From: an uncultured Actinomycetes bacterium
GTDB lineage: Bacteria; Actinomycetota; Thermoleophilia; UBA2241
Direction of reading: 5' to 3'
Assembly: GCA_963755025.1 (NCBI GenBank)
Contig: CAVWIH010000028.1
Span: forward strand, 1 to 64,000
Length of the DNA: 64,000 nucleotides
Positions 53,647 to 63,411 of this stretch are shown one piece after another (the stretch's first letter is position 1; every line of letters begins with the position of its first letter). The notes under the pieces are model-generated. The model was not told where the DNA came from, searched no databases, and was given only the letters and a program-made list of their open reading frames with translations. Position numbers and translations under genes: made by a program.

Positions 53647-55503
53647 CTACTGATCCTCGGGCGTACGCCTGAGACGCCGATGACCGCGTGCGGGCGGGTC
53701 GCCGAAAGGCGGCCCGCCCGCCGCGCGTAGGTCGCCGGTCAGGGCGCGGCGGGCGCGCGCCGCATCGCGCACCCGCCGGCTGTGCAGCATCGTGTGACGC
53801 GGCCGCGGCCGCGGCTCGACCCTCAGGGGCGAGTGCAGCTCGTGGCCGAGCAGGGCCGCCGACGCCACCGAGACGATGGCGATGACGACCGCCGTCACCG
53901 GGATCGTCCTGGTCTCGAGCAGCAGGAAGAAGTACCACCAGACGCCCCACCCCAGATGCAACCGGCCGGCCAGAAACACGAGCGCCACCGCTACGACGGC
54001 CAGACCGCCCCACACCGGCAGGCGCGAGCGCGCCCACGAGCCCGGCCGGGCCAGCGGCCACAGCAGCGCCGCGGGCACGATCAAGGCCAGCGAGAACGGG
54101 TTGACCGGCAGCATGACGAGCGCCGCCACAAGGAGCGCGAGGTGCGTAGCGGCGACGACCGCCTGTGTGTCGGCGGGGTAGCGGCGCGCCAGCCGGCGCT
54201 CGATGGCCATCGCGTAGTGGTAGGCGAGCGCCAGGAACAGCAGGATCAGGACCACGCGCAGGTAGCGCGGCGCGTGGCTCACCGCCGCATCGGGGCTGAT
54301 CACTCCACCCAGGCTCCCGGGCAGTAGGTTCAGCAGGTTGGCCAGATAGACCAGCAGAAGCGTGAGCAGCCAGGGCGCCGCCCGCAGCGCCAGCCGCAGC
54401 AGGGCGTGGCTCAGCGGCAGGCGCCGTCGACGGGCGCGCACGACAAGGTCGACCGTGACGACGGCCAGCGGCATCAGGAGCACGACCATGATCCAGACCA
54501 CAAAGCCGCCCGACAGTTGCCGGAACCGCGAGAAGAAGACGGTGTTGCCGCTGCCCGAGAGCGGCAGCGCCGCGCCGTCGAGGCTGGTGATCATCGACTC
54601 GGTCGCGCGGCCCGTGCGGGCCAGGTTGTCGGTCGAGATCGAATCGATCGTGTCGGCGACCGCTGGCCGCGACGGGCCCGGCGCCGAGAGCTCGATGGCG
54701 GCGAGGCCCGCGGCCACGAACGGCGCCTGCTCGCCCCCGCCGCTGGGCAGCGCCAGGCGCAGGATCTGCGCGGTCACCGGCGGCAGGGGCGCGGTGAGCC
54801 CGCCCGCCGAGTGGCCCGCCGAGCGGGCGAGCGTCCACAGCCAGGCCGGCGCGAGCAGCGGGCGGGCGCTCCAGCCGTTCAAGGTCAGGGTGTGCGGGCC
54901 GCGCCCGGCGATCTTGCGCAGCGCCACGACGGCCATGACTGAAAGGTCGTGGTGCCGGGCGAGAAAGTCGTGCGCCCCGAGGGCCCCGCTGGCGTCGCCG
55001 TCGGTCGACACGAAGACGATGGCGTGGTCGTGCGCGGCGCCCGAGAACACTGCCGCGAGCTCCACCAGCGCGGCCGTGCCCGATGCGTCGTCGTTGGCGC
55101 CCTGCGTGGACCGCGGCGGGGAGTCGCGCGGCGCGAGCACCACGATGTCGCCCTCGGCGTCGCCCGGCGAGACCGCCCACACGTTCTGCAGGGTCACAGA
55201 GCGGCCCCCGACCGGCGCCCGGAAGGTGTCGACGTGGGTGGCGAGGCCGGCGCCGGCGAACTTCGCCGCGACCCACTGTCCGGCGTCGCGGTCGGCTGTC
55301 GAGCCGGCGACACGGCCTGGAAAGTCGCCGGCAATCGTCTTGAGAGCGGCCGCGGCGGCCGACCCGTTGAAGGCGGTCGGCTGGGTCGAGAGGGTGACCG
55401 CCTGCGGCGGTCGCAGCGCGAGCAGCGAAGCCGCGGCGAGGACGACGGCCACGATCAAGGCCACGCGGTAGAGCCTCAGGTCGGGCATGGCCTCCCCTGT
55501 CAT
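53647..55503 (-). CDS. M28-family peptidase-like membrane protein with degenerate Zn ligands
   Basis: GANDDASGTAALVELA, but APRDS and TDGDA replace the usual HxD and GEE; multi-TM C-terminus. Confidence 0.75.
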   Translation of the reverse strand: MTGEAMPDLRLYRVALIVAVVLAAASLLALRPPQAVTLSTQPTAFNGSAAAAALKTIAGDFPGRVAGSTADRDAGQWVAAKFAGAGLATHVDTFRAPVGGRSVTLQNVWAVSPGDAEGDIVVLAPRDSPPRSTQGANDDASGTAALVELAAVFSGAAHDHAIVFVSTDGDASGALGAHDFLARHHDLSVMAVVALRKIAGRGPHTLTLNGWSARPLLAPAWLWTLARSAGHSAGGLTAPLPPVTAQILRLALPSGGGEQAPFVAAGLAAIELSAPGPSRPAVADTIDSISTDNLARTGRATESMITSLDGAALPLSGSGNTVFFSRFRQLSGGFVVWIMVVLLMPLAVVTVDLVVRARRRRLPLSHALLRLALRAAPWLLTLLLVYLANLLNLLPGSLGGVISPDAAVSHAPRYLRVVLILLFLALAYHYAMAIERRLARRYPADTQAVVAATHLALLVAALVMLPVNPFSLALIVPAALLWPLARPGSWARSRLPVWGGLAVVAVALVFLAGRLHLGWGVWWYFFLLLETRTIPVTAVVIAIVSVASAALLGHELHSPLRVEPRPRPRHTMLHSRRVRDAARARRALTGDLRAAGGPPFGDPPARGHRRLRRTPEDQ

Positions 55504-55572
55504 GTCCGCGTCGGTCGGGCAAGGTAAAGTGGCCCGCGACGCGGTCGCGTGCCACTCAGGGGATGGTACCAG

Positions 55573-55611
55573 AAAGAGGGCGGGGGGCGCTCGCGCCCCC
55601 CGCCCTCTTTT
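55573..55611. terminator. Intrinsic terminator downstream of trpB2 (bidirectional form)
   Basis: aaagagggcggggggcgc-tc-gcgccccccgccctctttt. Confidence 0.85.
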
Positions 55612-55635
55612 ACCTGCGTGCGACCGACGTTCGGC

Positions 55636-56994
55636 TTAGACCGACGGCACGTGCTCCATGGCGGCGTGGATGGCCTCTTCGGGGTGGTCGTAATCCTCGA
55701 GCTTGCCGGCGAGGTACTGCTCGTAGGCGCCGAGGTCGAGGTAGCCGTGACCGGTGAGGTTGAAGAGGATGGTCTTGGGCTCGCCCGTGGCCTTGGCGGC
55801 CAGGGCCTCGTCGATGGCGGCGAGGATGGCATGGGCCGACTCGGGCGCCGGCAGGATGCCCTCGTTCTGGGTGAAGAGCTGGGCCGCGGCGAAGACCTTG
55901 GTCTGCGGCACGGCGACGGCCTCCATCATGCCCAGGTGGTAGGCGTGGCTGATGAGCGGCCCCATGGCGTGGTAGCGCAGACCGCCGGCGTGGATGCCGG
56001 CCGGCATGAAGTCGTGCCCCAGCGTGTACATCTTGAGCAGCGGGGTCGTCTGGCCGACGTCGCCGAAGTCGTAGGTGAAGACGCCCTTGGTCAGCGACGG
56101 ACAGGCGGTCGGCTCGACGCCCACGAAGCGCGTCTTGGCCTTGCCGGCAAGCACCTCGCGCATGAACGGGAAGGCGATGCCGGCGAAGCTCGAGCCGCCA
56201 CCGACGCAGCCGATGACGACGTCGGGGTAGGCGTCGGCCGCGCCGACCTGCTCGATGGCCTCTTCGCCGATCACGGTCTGGTGCAGCAGCACGTGGTTGA
56301 GCACGCTGCCCAGGGCGTATTTGGAGCCGGGGTGACCGACGACGTCTTCGACGGCCTCGGAGATGGCCAGGCCGAGGCTGCCGTTGGTGTCGGGGTCTTC
56401 TTCGAGCGCCTTGCGGCCGGTCTCGGTGTGCGCGGTGGGGCTGGCGAAGACGGTGGCGCCGTTCAGCTCCATGAGCACGCGGCGGTACGGCTTTTGCTGG
56501 TAGCTGACCTTGACCATGTAGACGGTCAGGTCGAGGCCGAAGATCTGGCAGGCCATCGAGAGCGCGCTGCCCCACTGGCCGGCGCCGGTCTCGGTGGCCA
56601 GGCGCTTCACGCCGGCTTCACGGTTGTAATAGGCCTGCGGCACGGCGGTGTTGGACTTGTGCGAGCCCGAGGGGCTGACGCCCTCGTACTTGAAGAAGAT
56701 GCGCTGGTCGTCGCGCAGCCCGAGGGCCCGCTCGAGGCGGTCGGCGCGGATCAGCGGCGTCGGCCTCCAGATCTTGTAGATGTCGCGGATCTCGTCGGGG
56801 ATGTCGATGTAGCGCTCCATCGAGGCTTCCTGGGCGATGAGGCCCATGGGGAACAGCCCGGCAAGGTCGTCGGGACCGACAGGCTGGCCGGTGCCGGGAT
56901 GCAGCGCGGGCGCCGGCGGCTCGGGAAAGTCGGGCGCGATGTTGTACCAACGCCGCGGGATCCTCTCTTCGCCCAACAGGTTCTTCTTCTGCAT
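55636..56994 (-). CDS. trpB2: TrpB-like PLP enzyme (tryptophan synthase beta chain type 2)
   Basis: WRPTPL.RA..LE, KYEGVSPSGSHKSN, TETGAGQWG, GSVLNHVLLHQT, IHAGGLRYH; RBS AAGGAGG. Confidence 0.93.
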   Translation of the reverse strand: MQKKNLLGEERIPRRWYNIAPDFPEPPAPALHPGTGQPVGPDDLAGLFPMGLIAQEASMERYIDIPDEIRDIYKIWRPTPLIRADRLERALGLRDDQRIFFKYEGVSPSGSHKSNTAVPQAYYNREAGVKRLATETGAGQWGSALSMACQIFGLDLTVYMVKVSYQQKPYRRVLMELNGATVFASPTAHTETGRKALEEDPDTNGSLGLAISEAVEDVVGHPGSKYALGSVLNHVLLHQTVIGEEAIEQVGAADAYPDVVIGCVGGGSSFAGIAFPFMREVLAGKAKTRFVGVEPTACPSLTKGVFTYDFGDVGQTTPLLKMYTLGHDFMPAGIHAGGLRYHAMGPLISHAYHLGMMEAVAVPQTKVFAAAQLFTQNEGILPAPESAHAILAAIDEALAAKATGEPKTILFNLTGHGYLDLGAYEQYLAGKLEDYDHPEEAIHAAMEHVPSV

Positions 56995-57066
56995 GACGCA
57001 CCTCCTTCTGACTGGAGCGGCCTGGGGGCCGGTCTGGTTCACGGTATCGCGGTATGCGAGGTCGCC

Positions 57067-57087
57067 GCTTTTCGGCAAGCCGAAAGC
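57067..57087 (-). terminator. Candidate attenuator hairpin in the trpB2 leader
   Basis: Minus strand: gctttcggc-tt-gccgaaaagc. Confidence 0.45.
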
Positions 57088-57145
57088 GCGGGCGGCAACT
57101 GGAGCGCGGCGGGCGGAGCCCGCAGAGGATGTCGGGAAGGGCGCG

Positions 57146-57205
57146 CTAGGCGCGCCAGAGCCAGACCAATGAGGTGGCGATGATCCCGTTCACAGTGCTC
57201 GACAT
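57146..57205 (-). CDS. trpL: Trp-containing leader peptide (MSSTVNGIIATSLVWLWRA)
   Basis: Manual translation; W-L-W-R near the stop, ~150 nt upstream of trpB2. Confidence 0.7.
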   Translation of the reverse strand: MSSTVNGIIATSLVWLWRA

Positions 57206-57316
57206 ACTACCACGCGAGTCAAAGCTTCTCTACTCGCGTCGTTGCCCGTCGTTCATACTGGGCAAACGTGCTCGATCGGGCATGGCGTTCGACGGCGTGA
57301 CGAAAGGAGACGGCCG

Positions 57317-58132
57317 GTGAGAGTCGCCTGCGTCCAGATGAACTCACGGACCGACAAGGCCGCCAACGTGGCGGCGGCAGCCGACCTCGTGCGCCGCGCC
57401 GCGGCGGCCGGCGCCCGCCTGGTCGTGCTGCCCGAGACCTGGACCTTCAAGAACGGCCGCGCCGCGCTGGCGGCCGCCGCCGAGGCCGTCGACGGGCCGA
57501 GCAACAGCCTGCTGGCCGCGCTCGCCGCCGAGCTCGACGTCTACATCCTGGCCGGTTCGATCTACGAGACGAGCGCCAGGCCCGACCGCTTCGGCAACGC
57601 GAGCGTGCTCTTCGACCCCTCAGGCGCGCCGCTCGCCGTGTATCGCAAGATCCACCTCTTCGACGCGGTCGCCGGCGCCAAGGTCTACCGCGAGTCCGAC
57701 GACCTGCTGCCCGGCGACCGCCTGGTCACGGGCGACGTCGACGGCGTGCCGGTCGGCCTCACGATCTGCTACGACCTGCGGTTTCCCGAGCTCTACCGGG
57801 CGCTCGCGGTGCGCGGCGCGAAGATCATCGTGGTGCCCTCGGCCTTCACCGAAGCCACCGGCCGCGCCCACTGGGAGGTACTGCTGCGCGCCCGGGCGAT
57901 CGAGAATGGCTGTTTTGTGGTGGCCGCCGGGCAGTGGGGGGTGCACGGCGACGACCGGCGCTGCTACGGGCACAGCATGATCGTCGATCCGTGGGGCACG
58001 GTGCTGGCCGTCGCGGCCGACGGCGTGGGGCTGTGCGACGCCGAGCTCGACCTGAGCGCCGTCGACCGCGCGCGCGAGCAGCTCCCCGTGCTCGCGCACC
58101 GCCGCCCGCAGCTCTACGACAGCTGGGGGTAG
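57317..58132 (+). CDS. Carbon-nitrogen hydrolase (Nit/deaminated-glutathione amidase-like)
   Basis: LPE, YRKIHLFD, ICYDLRFPE, HWEVLLRARAIEN, GHSMIVDPWG; GTG after AAAGGAG. Confidence 0.92.
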   Translation: MRVACVQMNSRTDKAANVAAAADLVRRAAAAGARLVVLPETWTFKNGRAALAAAAEAVDGPSNSLLAALAAELDVYILAGSIYETSARPDRFGNASVLFDPSGAPLAVYRKIHLFDAVAGAKVYRESDDLLPGDRLVTGDVDGVPVGLTICYDLRFPELYRALAVRGAKIIVVPSAFTEATGRAHWEVLLRARAIENGCFVVAAGQWGVHGDDRRCYGHSMIVDPWGTVLAVAADGVGLCDAELDLSAVDRAREQLPVLAHRRPQLYDSWG

Positions 58133-58168
58133 CGGCGCGACGGAGTCACGTCGCGCCGCAGGAGTGCG

Positions 58169-59044
58169 TCAGGCGGTGCGGTGCGCCCGCCGCCGCCACT
58201 CGAGCAGGGCGGCTACGACGAGACCGACGACCACGCCCACCAATACTCCGGTGGCGGCGTTGGTCTTGACCGACGTCGCCTGCGAGGTCGAGGGCGGCGC
58301 CGCGTGGGCGAGTATCGCGGGTGCTTCGACGCCCCGGGCCACCAGCAGCGTGAGCGAGTCGGTGCGCCTGTCGTCGAGCAAGGCCTGCTGCTCGCTCGCC
58401 GCCGACTGGACGATGCCCAGGTAGGGCGCCGCGGCCATGGCCTTGGTGGCGGCCGAGCCGCCGCCTGCGCCGATGGCGTCGAGGGCCTGCTGGGCCGCGG
58501 CGGTGCGCGCGGCGAGCTGCGCGATCTGCTTTGAGTCGCTCGCGACTTGCGCCGTGAGCAGGGCGACCTTGGCGTTGCCGTAGACGGCGAGTCGCTGCTC
58601 GATGAGCGCCGCGATGGCGTTGGCGGCGGCCGCGGCGCGGACCGGCTTGGTGTCGGTCACGCTGATGGTGACGATGTTGATGGGAGCGATGGCGGTCTTG
58701 GCGGCCAGCGGCGGCGCGGCGACGACGACGCCCTTGTGCAGGCGGACCACCGTCTCGCCCAGGCCGATCTGGGCGGCCACCCTGGCGTAGGTGCTCTCGG
58801 CCGTGCCGATCTGGATGGCGGCCCGGGGGTCGGTGTTCAGGCCGGTGACCGCCGCGCCGACGGCGTTGGTCGGCTGGCCGAGGTAGACAGAGCTCGTCGC
58901 CACGTAGGTCTTGGTATGGTGCAGGGTCACGCCGACGGCGACGACGCCACCCACGACGGCGAGCGCCACTACGATCCACCACCAGTGCAGAAGGCCGCGC
59001 AGGTAGTCGCCGAGATCGATGTCGTAGCGGTCGTCAGTGGTCAC
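58169..59044 (-). CDS. Wzz-like polysaccharide chain-length regulator
   Basis: DIDL.DYLRGL..WW, N- and C-terminal TM helices, central coiled coil. Confidence 0.8.
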   Translation of the reverse strand: MTTDDRYDIDLGDYLRGLLHWWWIVVALAVVGGVVAVGVTLHHTKTYVATSSVYLGQPTNAVGAAVTGLNTDPRAAIQIGTAESTYARVAAQIGLGETVVRLHKGVVVAAPPLAAKTAIAPINIVTISVTDTKPVRAAAAANAIAALIEQRLAVYGNAKVALLTAQVASDSKQIAQLAARTAAAQQALDAIGAGGGSAATKAMAAAPYLGIVQSAASEQQALLDDRRTDSLTLLVARGVEAPAILAHAAPPSTSQATSVKTNAATGVLVGVVVGLVVAALLEWRRRAHRTA

Positions 59045-59105
59045 CGTTGCCTCCGTCTGCGGGGCCTTGGGGCGGCGTGCGCGCCGACCCCAGCGAGGGA
59101 ATGGC

Positions 59106-60293
59106 TCACGCCCCACCGAGCGCCCGGCGTACCGCCGACGCTCGCTCGTGCAAGGCAATCATACACGCGGCCACGCGTTCGACCTCGGCGGCCGACAGGC
59201 GGCCGTAGGCGGGCAGCGTGAGGACCTCGTCGGCCAGGGCGGCGGTTTCGGGCAGGCGTTCCTCGAAGGCCGGGCCGGTGGCGGCGAAGGCTTGCGTGCG
59301 GTGGACCGGCGGCACGTAGTAGGCGCGCGTATCGATGCCTTCGGCAGCGAGCGCGGCGGCCACCTGGTCGCGGGTCAGGCCGAACTCGGCCGCGCGGATG
59401 CGCACCGAGAAGTCTTTGAACGACGAGCGGTCCTGCTCGCGGATGCGCTGGAAGCCGATGCCGGCGAGGTCGCCGAGCAGGCCTCGATAGACGGTCGCCA
59501 GGGCGTTGCGCCGTTCGGCTTCGGGCTCGAGGAGGGCGAGCCCCTTGAGGCCCAGCAGCGCGCTCGGTTCGGGCAGGCGGCCGTTGAACCCGACGAAGAG
59601 CGGGTCGTAGGTGCCGGGATTGCCGTACTCGCGGCCCACCACGACGCGCTGTGCGAGCTCGTCGTCGTCGGTCGCGACGACCCCTCCCTCGCCGGTGATC
59701 AGCAGCTTTGTGGGCGACGTGCTGAACACCTGCGCCAAGCCCTCGCGGCCCACCGGTGCGCCGTCGCGCAGGGCGCCGAAGCCGTGGGCCGCGTCGTAGA
59801 CGACGGCCACGCCGCGGCGCGCGGCCAGGGCGTCGAAGGCCGCGGTGTCGGCCGGGTCGCCAAAGAGATGCACCGGCGTGACGACGGCCGTCGCCGCGGT
59901 GAGCGCCGCCTCGGCGGCCACGGGGCTCAGGCACCAGGTGTCGGGGTCGATGTCGGCAAAGACCGGCCGCAGGCCGGCCCACACCGCGGCCATCGCGGTC
60001 GCCATGAAGGTGAAGCTCGGCAGGACGATGTCGGCGCCGCGGTAGCGGTCGAAGACGAGCATGAGCCCGGCCGTGCACGACGACACGCCCAGGGCGTGGC
60101 GCACGCCGAGGTGCTCGGCGAGGGCGCGCTCGTAGTCGACCAGGATGGGGCCCTTGGTGATCGTGCCCGAAGCGTAGGCCTCGCGCAGCCGGGGCTCGAG
60201 GTCGGCAAACGGCGGCAATGTGGGCCGCAGCAGGTGCAGATGGTCGGGAAAGGCGGCTGGGCCCCCGAGGATGGCGGGAGTTGACGCGGTCAT
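59106..60293 (-). CDS. DegT/DnrJ/EryC1/StrS sugar aminotransferase
   Basis: VSSCTAGL, PVHLFG, DAAHGFG, FSTSPTKLLITGEGG. Confidence 0.93.
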   Translation of the reverse strand: MTASTPAILGGPAAFPDHLHLLRPTLPPFADLEPRLREAYASGTITKGPILVDYERALAEHLGVRHALGVSSCTAGLMLVFDRYRGADIVLPSFTFMATAMAAVWAGLRPVFADIDPDTWCLSPVAAEAALTAATAVVTPVHLFGDPADTAAFDALAARRGVAVVYDAAHGFGALRDGAPVGREGLAQVFSTSPTKLLITGEGGVVATDDDELAQRVVVGREYGNPGTYDPLFVGFNGRLPEPSALLGLKGLALLEPEAERRNALATVYRGLLGDLAGIGFQRIREQDRSSFKDFSVRIRAAEFGLTRDQVAAALAAEGIDTRAYYVPPVHRTQAFAATGPAFEERLPETAALADEVLTLPAYGRLSAAEVERVAACMIALHERASAVRRALGGA

Positions 60294-60302
60294 CGGGGCA
60301 TC

Positions 60303-60950
60303 CTACCGCACGCCGCCGTCGGGCGCGACGTCCTCAAGGAACTCCTGGGGCGCGTCGTTGCTCGAGCCGCGGCGCAGCAGGACCGTCGGGATCGTGCGCA
60401 GCACGATCATCAGGTCGGTGCGCAGGCTGATGGTCTCGACGTAGCGCTCGTCCCAGTCGAGCATCTCCGAGCGCCGCAGGCGGTTGCGGCCGTTGATCGC
60501 CACCAGGCAGGTCAATCCCGGCTTGACCTGCAGGATGCGGGCGAAGCGGTCGGGGTGCTGGGCGACGACGAACTCGACGTTGGGTCGCGGCCCCACGATG
60601 CTCATGTCGCCCTTGAGCACGTTCAGGAGCTGGGGCAGCTCGTCGAGGCTGAAGGCGCGCAGCCAGCGGCCGGCCCAGGTGATGCGGTCGTCGTCTTCTT
60701 CGACATAGAGTCCCGCGCCGTGCTCGACGGCGTCGGGGATCATGGAGCGGAACTTGTACATGCCGAACACGGCGCCGTCGCGCCCGACGCGGTCCTGCAC
60801 GAACAGCACGGGCCGGCCGCTCGTGAGGTACACCGTGGCGGCGAGGCCGGCGAGGAGCGGGGTGGCTAGCGCGCCGCCCACGCCGGCGGCGGCGAGATCG
60901 AACAGGCGCTTGCCGCGCCGCACGTAAAAGCCGGCCGGGGCGGGCGTCAT
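60303..60950 (-). CDS. Priming polyprenyl-phosphate sugar transferase
   Basis: KRLFD, KFRSM, LDELPQLLNVLKGDMSIVGPRP, VKPGLT. Confidence 0.93.
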   Translation of the reverse strand: MTPAPAGFYVRRGKRLFDLAAAGVGGALATPLLAGLAATVYLTSGRPVLFVQDRVGRDGAVFGMYKFRSMIPDAVEHGAGLYVEEDDDRITWAGRWLRAFSLDELPQLLNVLKGDMSIVGPRPNVEFVVAQHPDRFARILQVKPGLTCLVAINGRNRLRRSEMLDWDERYVETISLRTDLMIVLRTIPTVLLRRGSSNDAPQEFLEDVAPDGGVR

Positions 60951-62230
60951 GGGCGCGCCTCGCGCCCGGACGGCGGCCCGGGCTTGTCGGGCGTGCCCGC
61001 CTTGCCCTGGGCGGCCTCTTCGAGCGCCGCGCAGAGGCGGTCGGCCAGCACGTCGCGGGAGAACTCGCGCTCCGCCAGCAGCCGCGCGTTGACCGCCATG
61101 CGGGCCACCAGGGCGGGCTCGTCGGCCAGGGCGGCCAGGGCGGCGGCCAGGGCGTCGCCGTCGCCGGCCGGCACGTACAGGCCGGCGCGCGCGTCGGCCA
61201 CGACGCGGCGCAGCCAGCCGTCGAGGTTGATGACCACCGGCCGGCCGGCGGCCAGCGAGTCGAAGAACTTGTTGGGCGAGTTGGTCTCGAAGATGGGGTC
61301 GGGTGCGAACAGCGTGAGCGTCACGTCGGCGGCGCCCACCACGCCGGCCAGGGCCTGCTTGGGCAACGGCCCCAGGACGTGCAGGTTGTCGAGCCCCAGG
61401 CGGCGGGCGCTGTCGTCGAGGTGCGGCCGGCGGCCGCCGTCGCCGACGGCCACGATGGCCACGTCGTCGCGCCCGGCGGCGCGCAGCGCGACCGCGGCGT
61501 CGATGAGCTGGTCGATGCCGTTGGCGCGGCCCATCGCGCCGGAGTAGAGCGCGACGAACTTGCCGGTCAGCCCGTGACGGGCGCGGAACTCGTGGTCGAC
61601 GTTGTCGGGGCGGAAGAGGTCGAGGTCGCAGGCGTTGGGCACGAAGACGAGCTTGCCGGCCGGCACGCCGCGCGCGAGGAGCGCGTCGCGGCTGGCCTCG
61701 CTCAGCACGACGATGCGCGCCGCTCCGGCATAGAGCAGCGCCTCGAGCCGGCGGGCGGCGGCGATCAGCGGCCGGGAGCGCAGGGCGCCGATGGCGATCG
61801 GCACCTCGGGCCACAGGTCGCGCAGCTCAAAGACAAACGGCGCGCGCCGCAGGCGGGCCGTGAGCAGGCCCGGTATGCCGATCGTCAGCGGCGTCGACGA
61901 CGCGAACACGACGTCGGGGCGCGGCAGCAGCGGTCCGGCGATGCCGGCCTCCGCGGTGAACAGCGCGAACGCCGCGAGACGCTTGGCGTACGAGAAGTAG
62001 TTGGAGTACGGCACGTTGAGCAGCAGGAGGTCGATGCCCTCGACGCGGTCGCGCACGAACGGCCGCACGCGTGCGGCGCCCGCGCCCTGGTCGCGCGGCA
62101 GCAGCGCGGCGCTGCTCACGATCGTCACCTCGTGGCCGCGCGCGGCGAGGCGCTTGGCCAGCTCGAACGAGCGCGTGCCGGTCGCGCTGTCGCGGGTGGC
62201 GAAGTACTGGTGGAAATAGACGATCCTCAT
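60947..62230 (-). CDS. GT4 glycosyltransferase (WbuB-like)
   Basis: MRIVYFHQYF, FELRDLWPE, YSGAMGRANG, SPNKFFDSLAAG. Confidence 0.9.
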   Translation of the reverse strand: MRIVYFHQYFATRDSATGTRSFELAKRLAARGHEVTIVSSAALLPRDQGAGAARVRPFVRDRVEGIDLLLLNVPYSNYFSYAKRLAAFALFTAEAGIAGPLLPRPDVVFASSTPLTIGIPGLLTARLRRAPFVFELRDLWPEVPIAIGALRSRPLIAAARRLEALLYAGAARIVVLSEASRDALLARGVPAGKLVFVPNACDLDLFRPDNVDHEFRARHGLTGKFVALYSGAMGRANGIDQLIDAAVALRAAGRDDVAIVAVGDGGRRPHLDDSARRLGLDNLHVLGPLPKQALAGVVGAADVTLTLFAPDPIFETNSPNKFFDSLAAGRPVVINLDGWLRRVVADARAGLYVPAGDGDALAAALAALADEPALVARMAVNARLLAEREFSRDVLADRLCAALEEAAQGKAGTPDKPGPPSGREARP

Positions 62231-63411
62231 GGCGCCCCCGCTTCGGACTCGGCTCCTCGGCCGCCGCCGCGCCGGCCCCGCGCGCCGCACAGCTCCGTGT
62301 AGAAGGCCAGGAAGCGCGGTTCGACCTGTTCCCACGAGAAGCGCCCGCGCACCGCGGCCCGACCCCGGGCGCCCATGGCGGCCAGCGTCTCGCGCTCGGC
62401 GATCAGCCGGCGCACGCCGGCGAGGTGGCCTTCGACCCCGGCCGGCACCACGATGCCGAAGCCCTCGTCGACGATGACCTCTCTGCCCGGCAGGTCGGTC
62501 GCCAGTGCGGCCAGCCCGACGGCCGCGCCCTCGTAGATCTTGGTGGCGACCGTGGGGCGCGAGAACTGGGGGCTGCGCGAGCTGGGCGTCCAGACCACGT
62601 CGGCCGAAGCCAGGTAGCGCGGCACCTGGTCGCGCGCGACCCGGTCCAGAAAACGCACCCGGTCGCTCAGCCCACCGCGCAGGCGGGCGCCGATCTCGGC
62701 GTCGAACTCCGCCGACGAGAAGGAGCCGCCCAGCAGCAGGAGGGCGTCGTCGGGTGCGAGCCGCTCCATGACGTCGAGCATGAGGGCGACGCCGCGGCTG
62801 CGCGACAGGGCGCCGATGTAGACGAGGCGCAGGCGCTGGTCGGCCGTGAGCTCGGCGAACGGGGCGGCGTCGGCGAAGTGCGACAAGCGCGGGTAGTTGG
62901 GAGCGATCAGACGCAGGTGCAGCTGTGAGCTGAAGTCGTTGAGCACGTCGTCGGTGACCGTGACGATGCCGTCGGCCCAGTGCGTAAGGCCGCGCTGTCC
63001 GAGGCCGCTGGCGGCCGCCACGGCCGGCCGGGCGCGGGCGGGGATGTACTCCTTGGACATGACCTGCTCGCGCAGGAACTCGTGGGCGTCGTAGACCAGG
63101 CGCGGCACGAAGGGCCGCAGCAGGGGGAACAGAGGCAGGAGCTCGGGGTCGTGGGCGTGCACCACGAACGGGCGCAGGGTGCGCAGCGCCGAGACGATGT
63201 CGGGCGTGCTCATCCAGCGCCGCGCGCGCGGCCGCACCGGCAACGCGGCGAAGCGCACGCCGTGGCGGTCGCGGCCGGGAGTGGCTCCCGGTACGACATA
63301 GGTCACGTCGTAGCCCGCCGCGGCCAGGGTGCGGCACTCGCGTTCGTAGATGCGGGCGTCGTCGGGACGGTGCACCACCGAGAGATGGACGACCTTGACG
63401 GGCGCGCTCAC
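62227..63411 (-). CDS. GT4 glycosyltransferase
   Basis: HRPDDARIYERE, HAHDPELL, YDAHE, TKIYEGAAVG. Confidence 0.88.
   Translation of the reverse strand: MSAPVKVVHLSVVHRPDDARIYERECRTLAAAGYDVTYVVPGATPGRDRHGVRFAALPVRPRARRWMSTPDIVSALRTLRPFVVHAHDPELLPLFPLLRPFVPRLVYDAHEFLREQVMSKEYIPARARPAVAAASGLGQRGLTHWADGIVTVTDDVLNDFSSQLHLRLIAPNYPRLSHFADAAPFAELTADQRLRLVYIGALSRSRGVALMLDVMERLAPDDALLLLGGSFSSAEFDAEIGARLRGGLSDRVRFLDRVARDQVPRYLASADVVWTPSSRSPQFSRPTVATKIYEGAAVGLAALATDLPGREVIVDEGFGIVVPAGVEGHLAGVRRLIAERETLAAMGARGRAAVRGRFSWEQVEPRFLAFYTELCGARGRRGGGRGAESEAGAP

Noticed and set aside
3848-63337. Many long Arg/Ala/Pro-rich alternative-frame and antisense ORFs (e.g. 3848-5899, 24739-26775, 43015-45339, 53609-55555)
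   Set aside because: Shadow ORFs caused by high GC and scarce stop codons; they overlap well-supported genes and lack motifs
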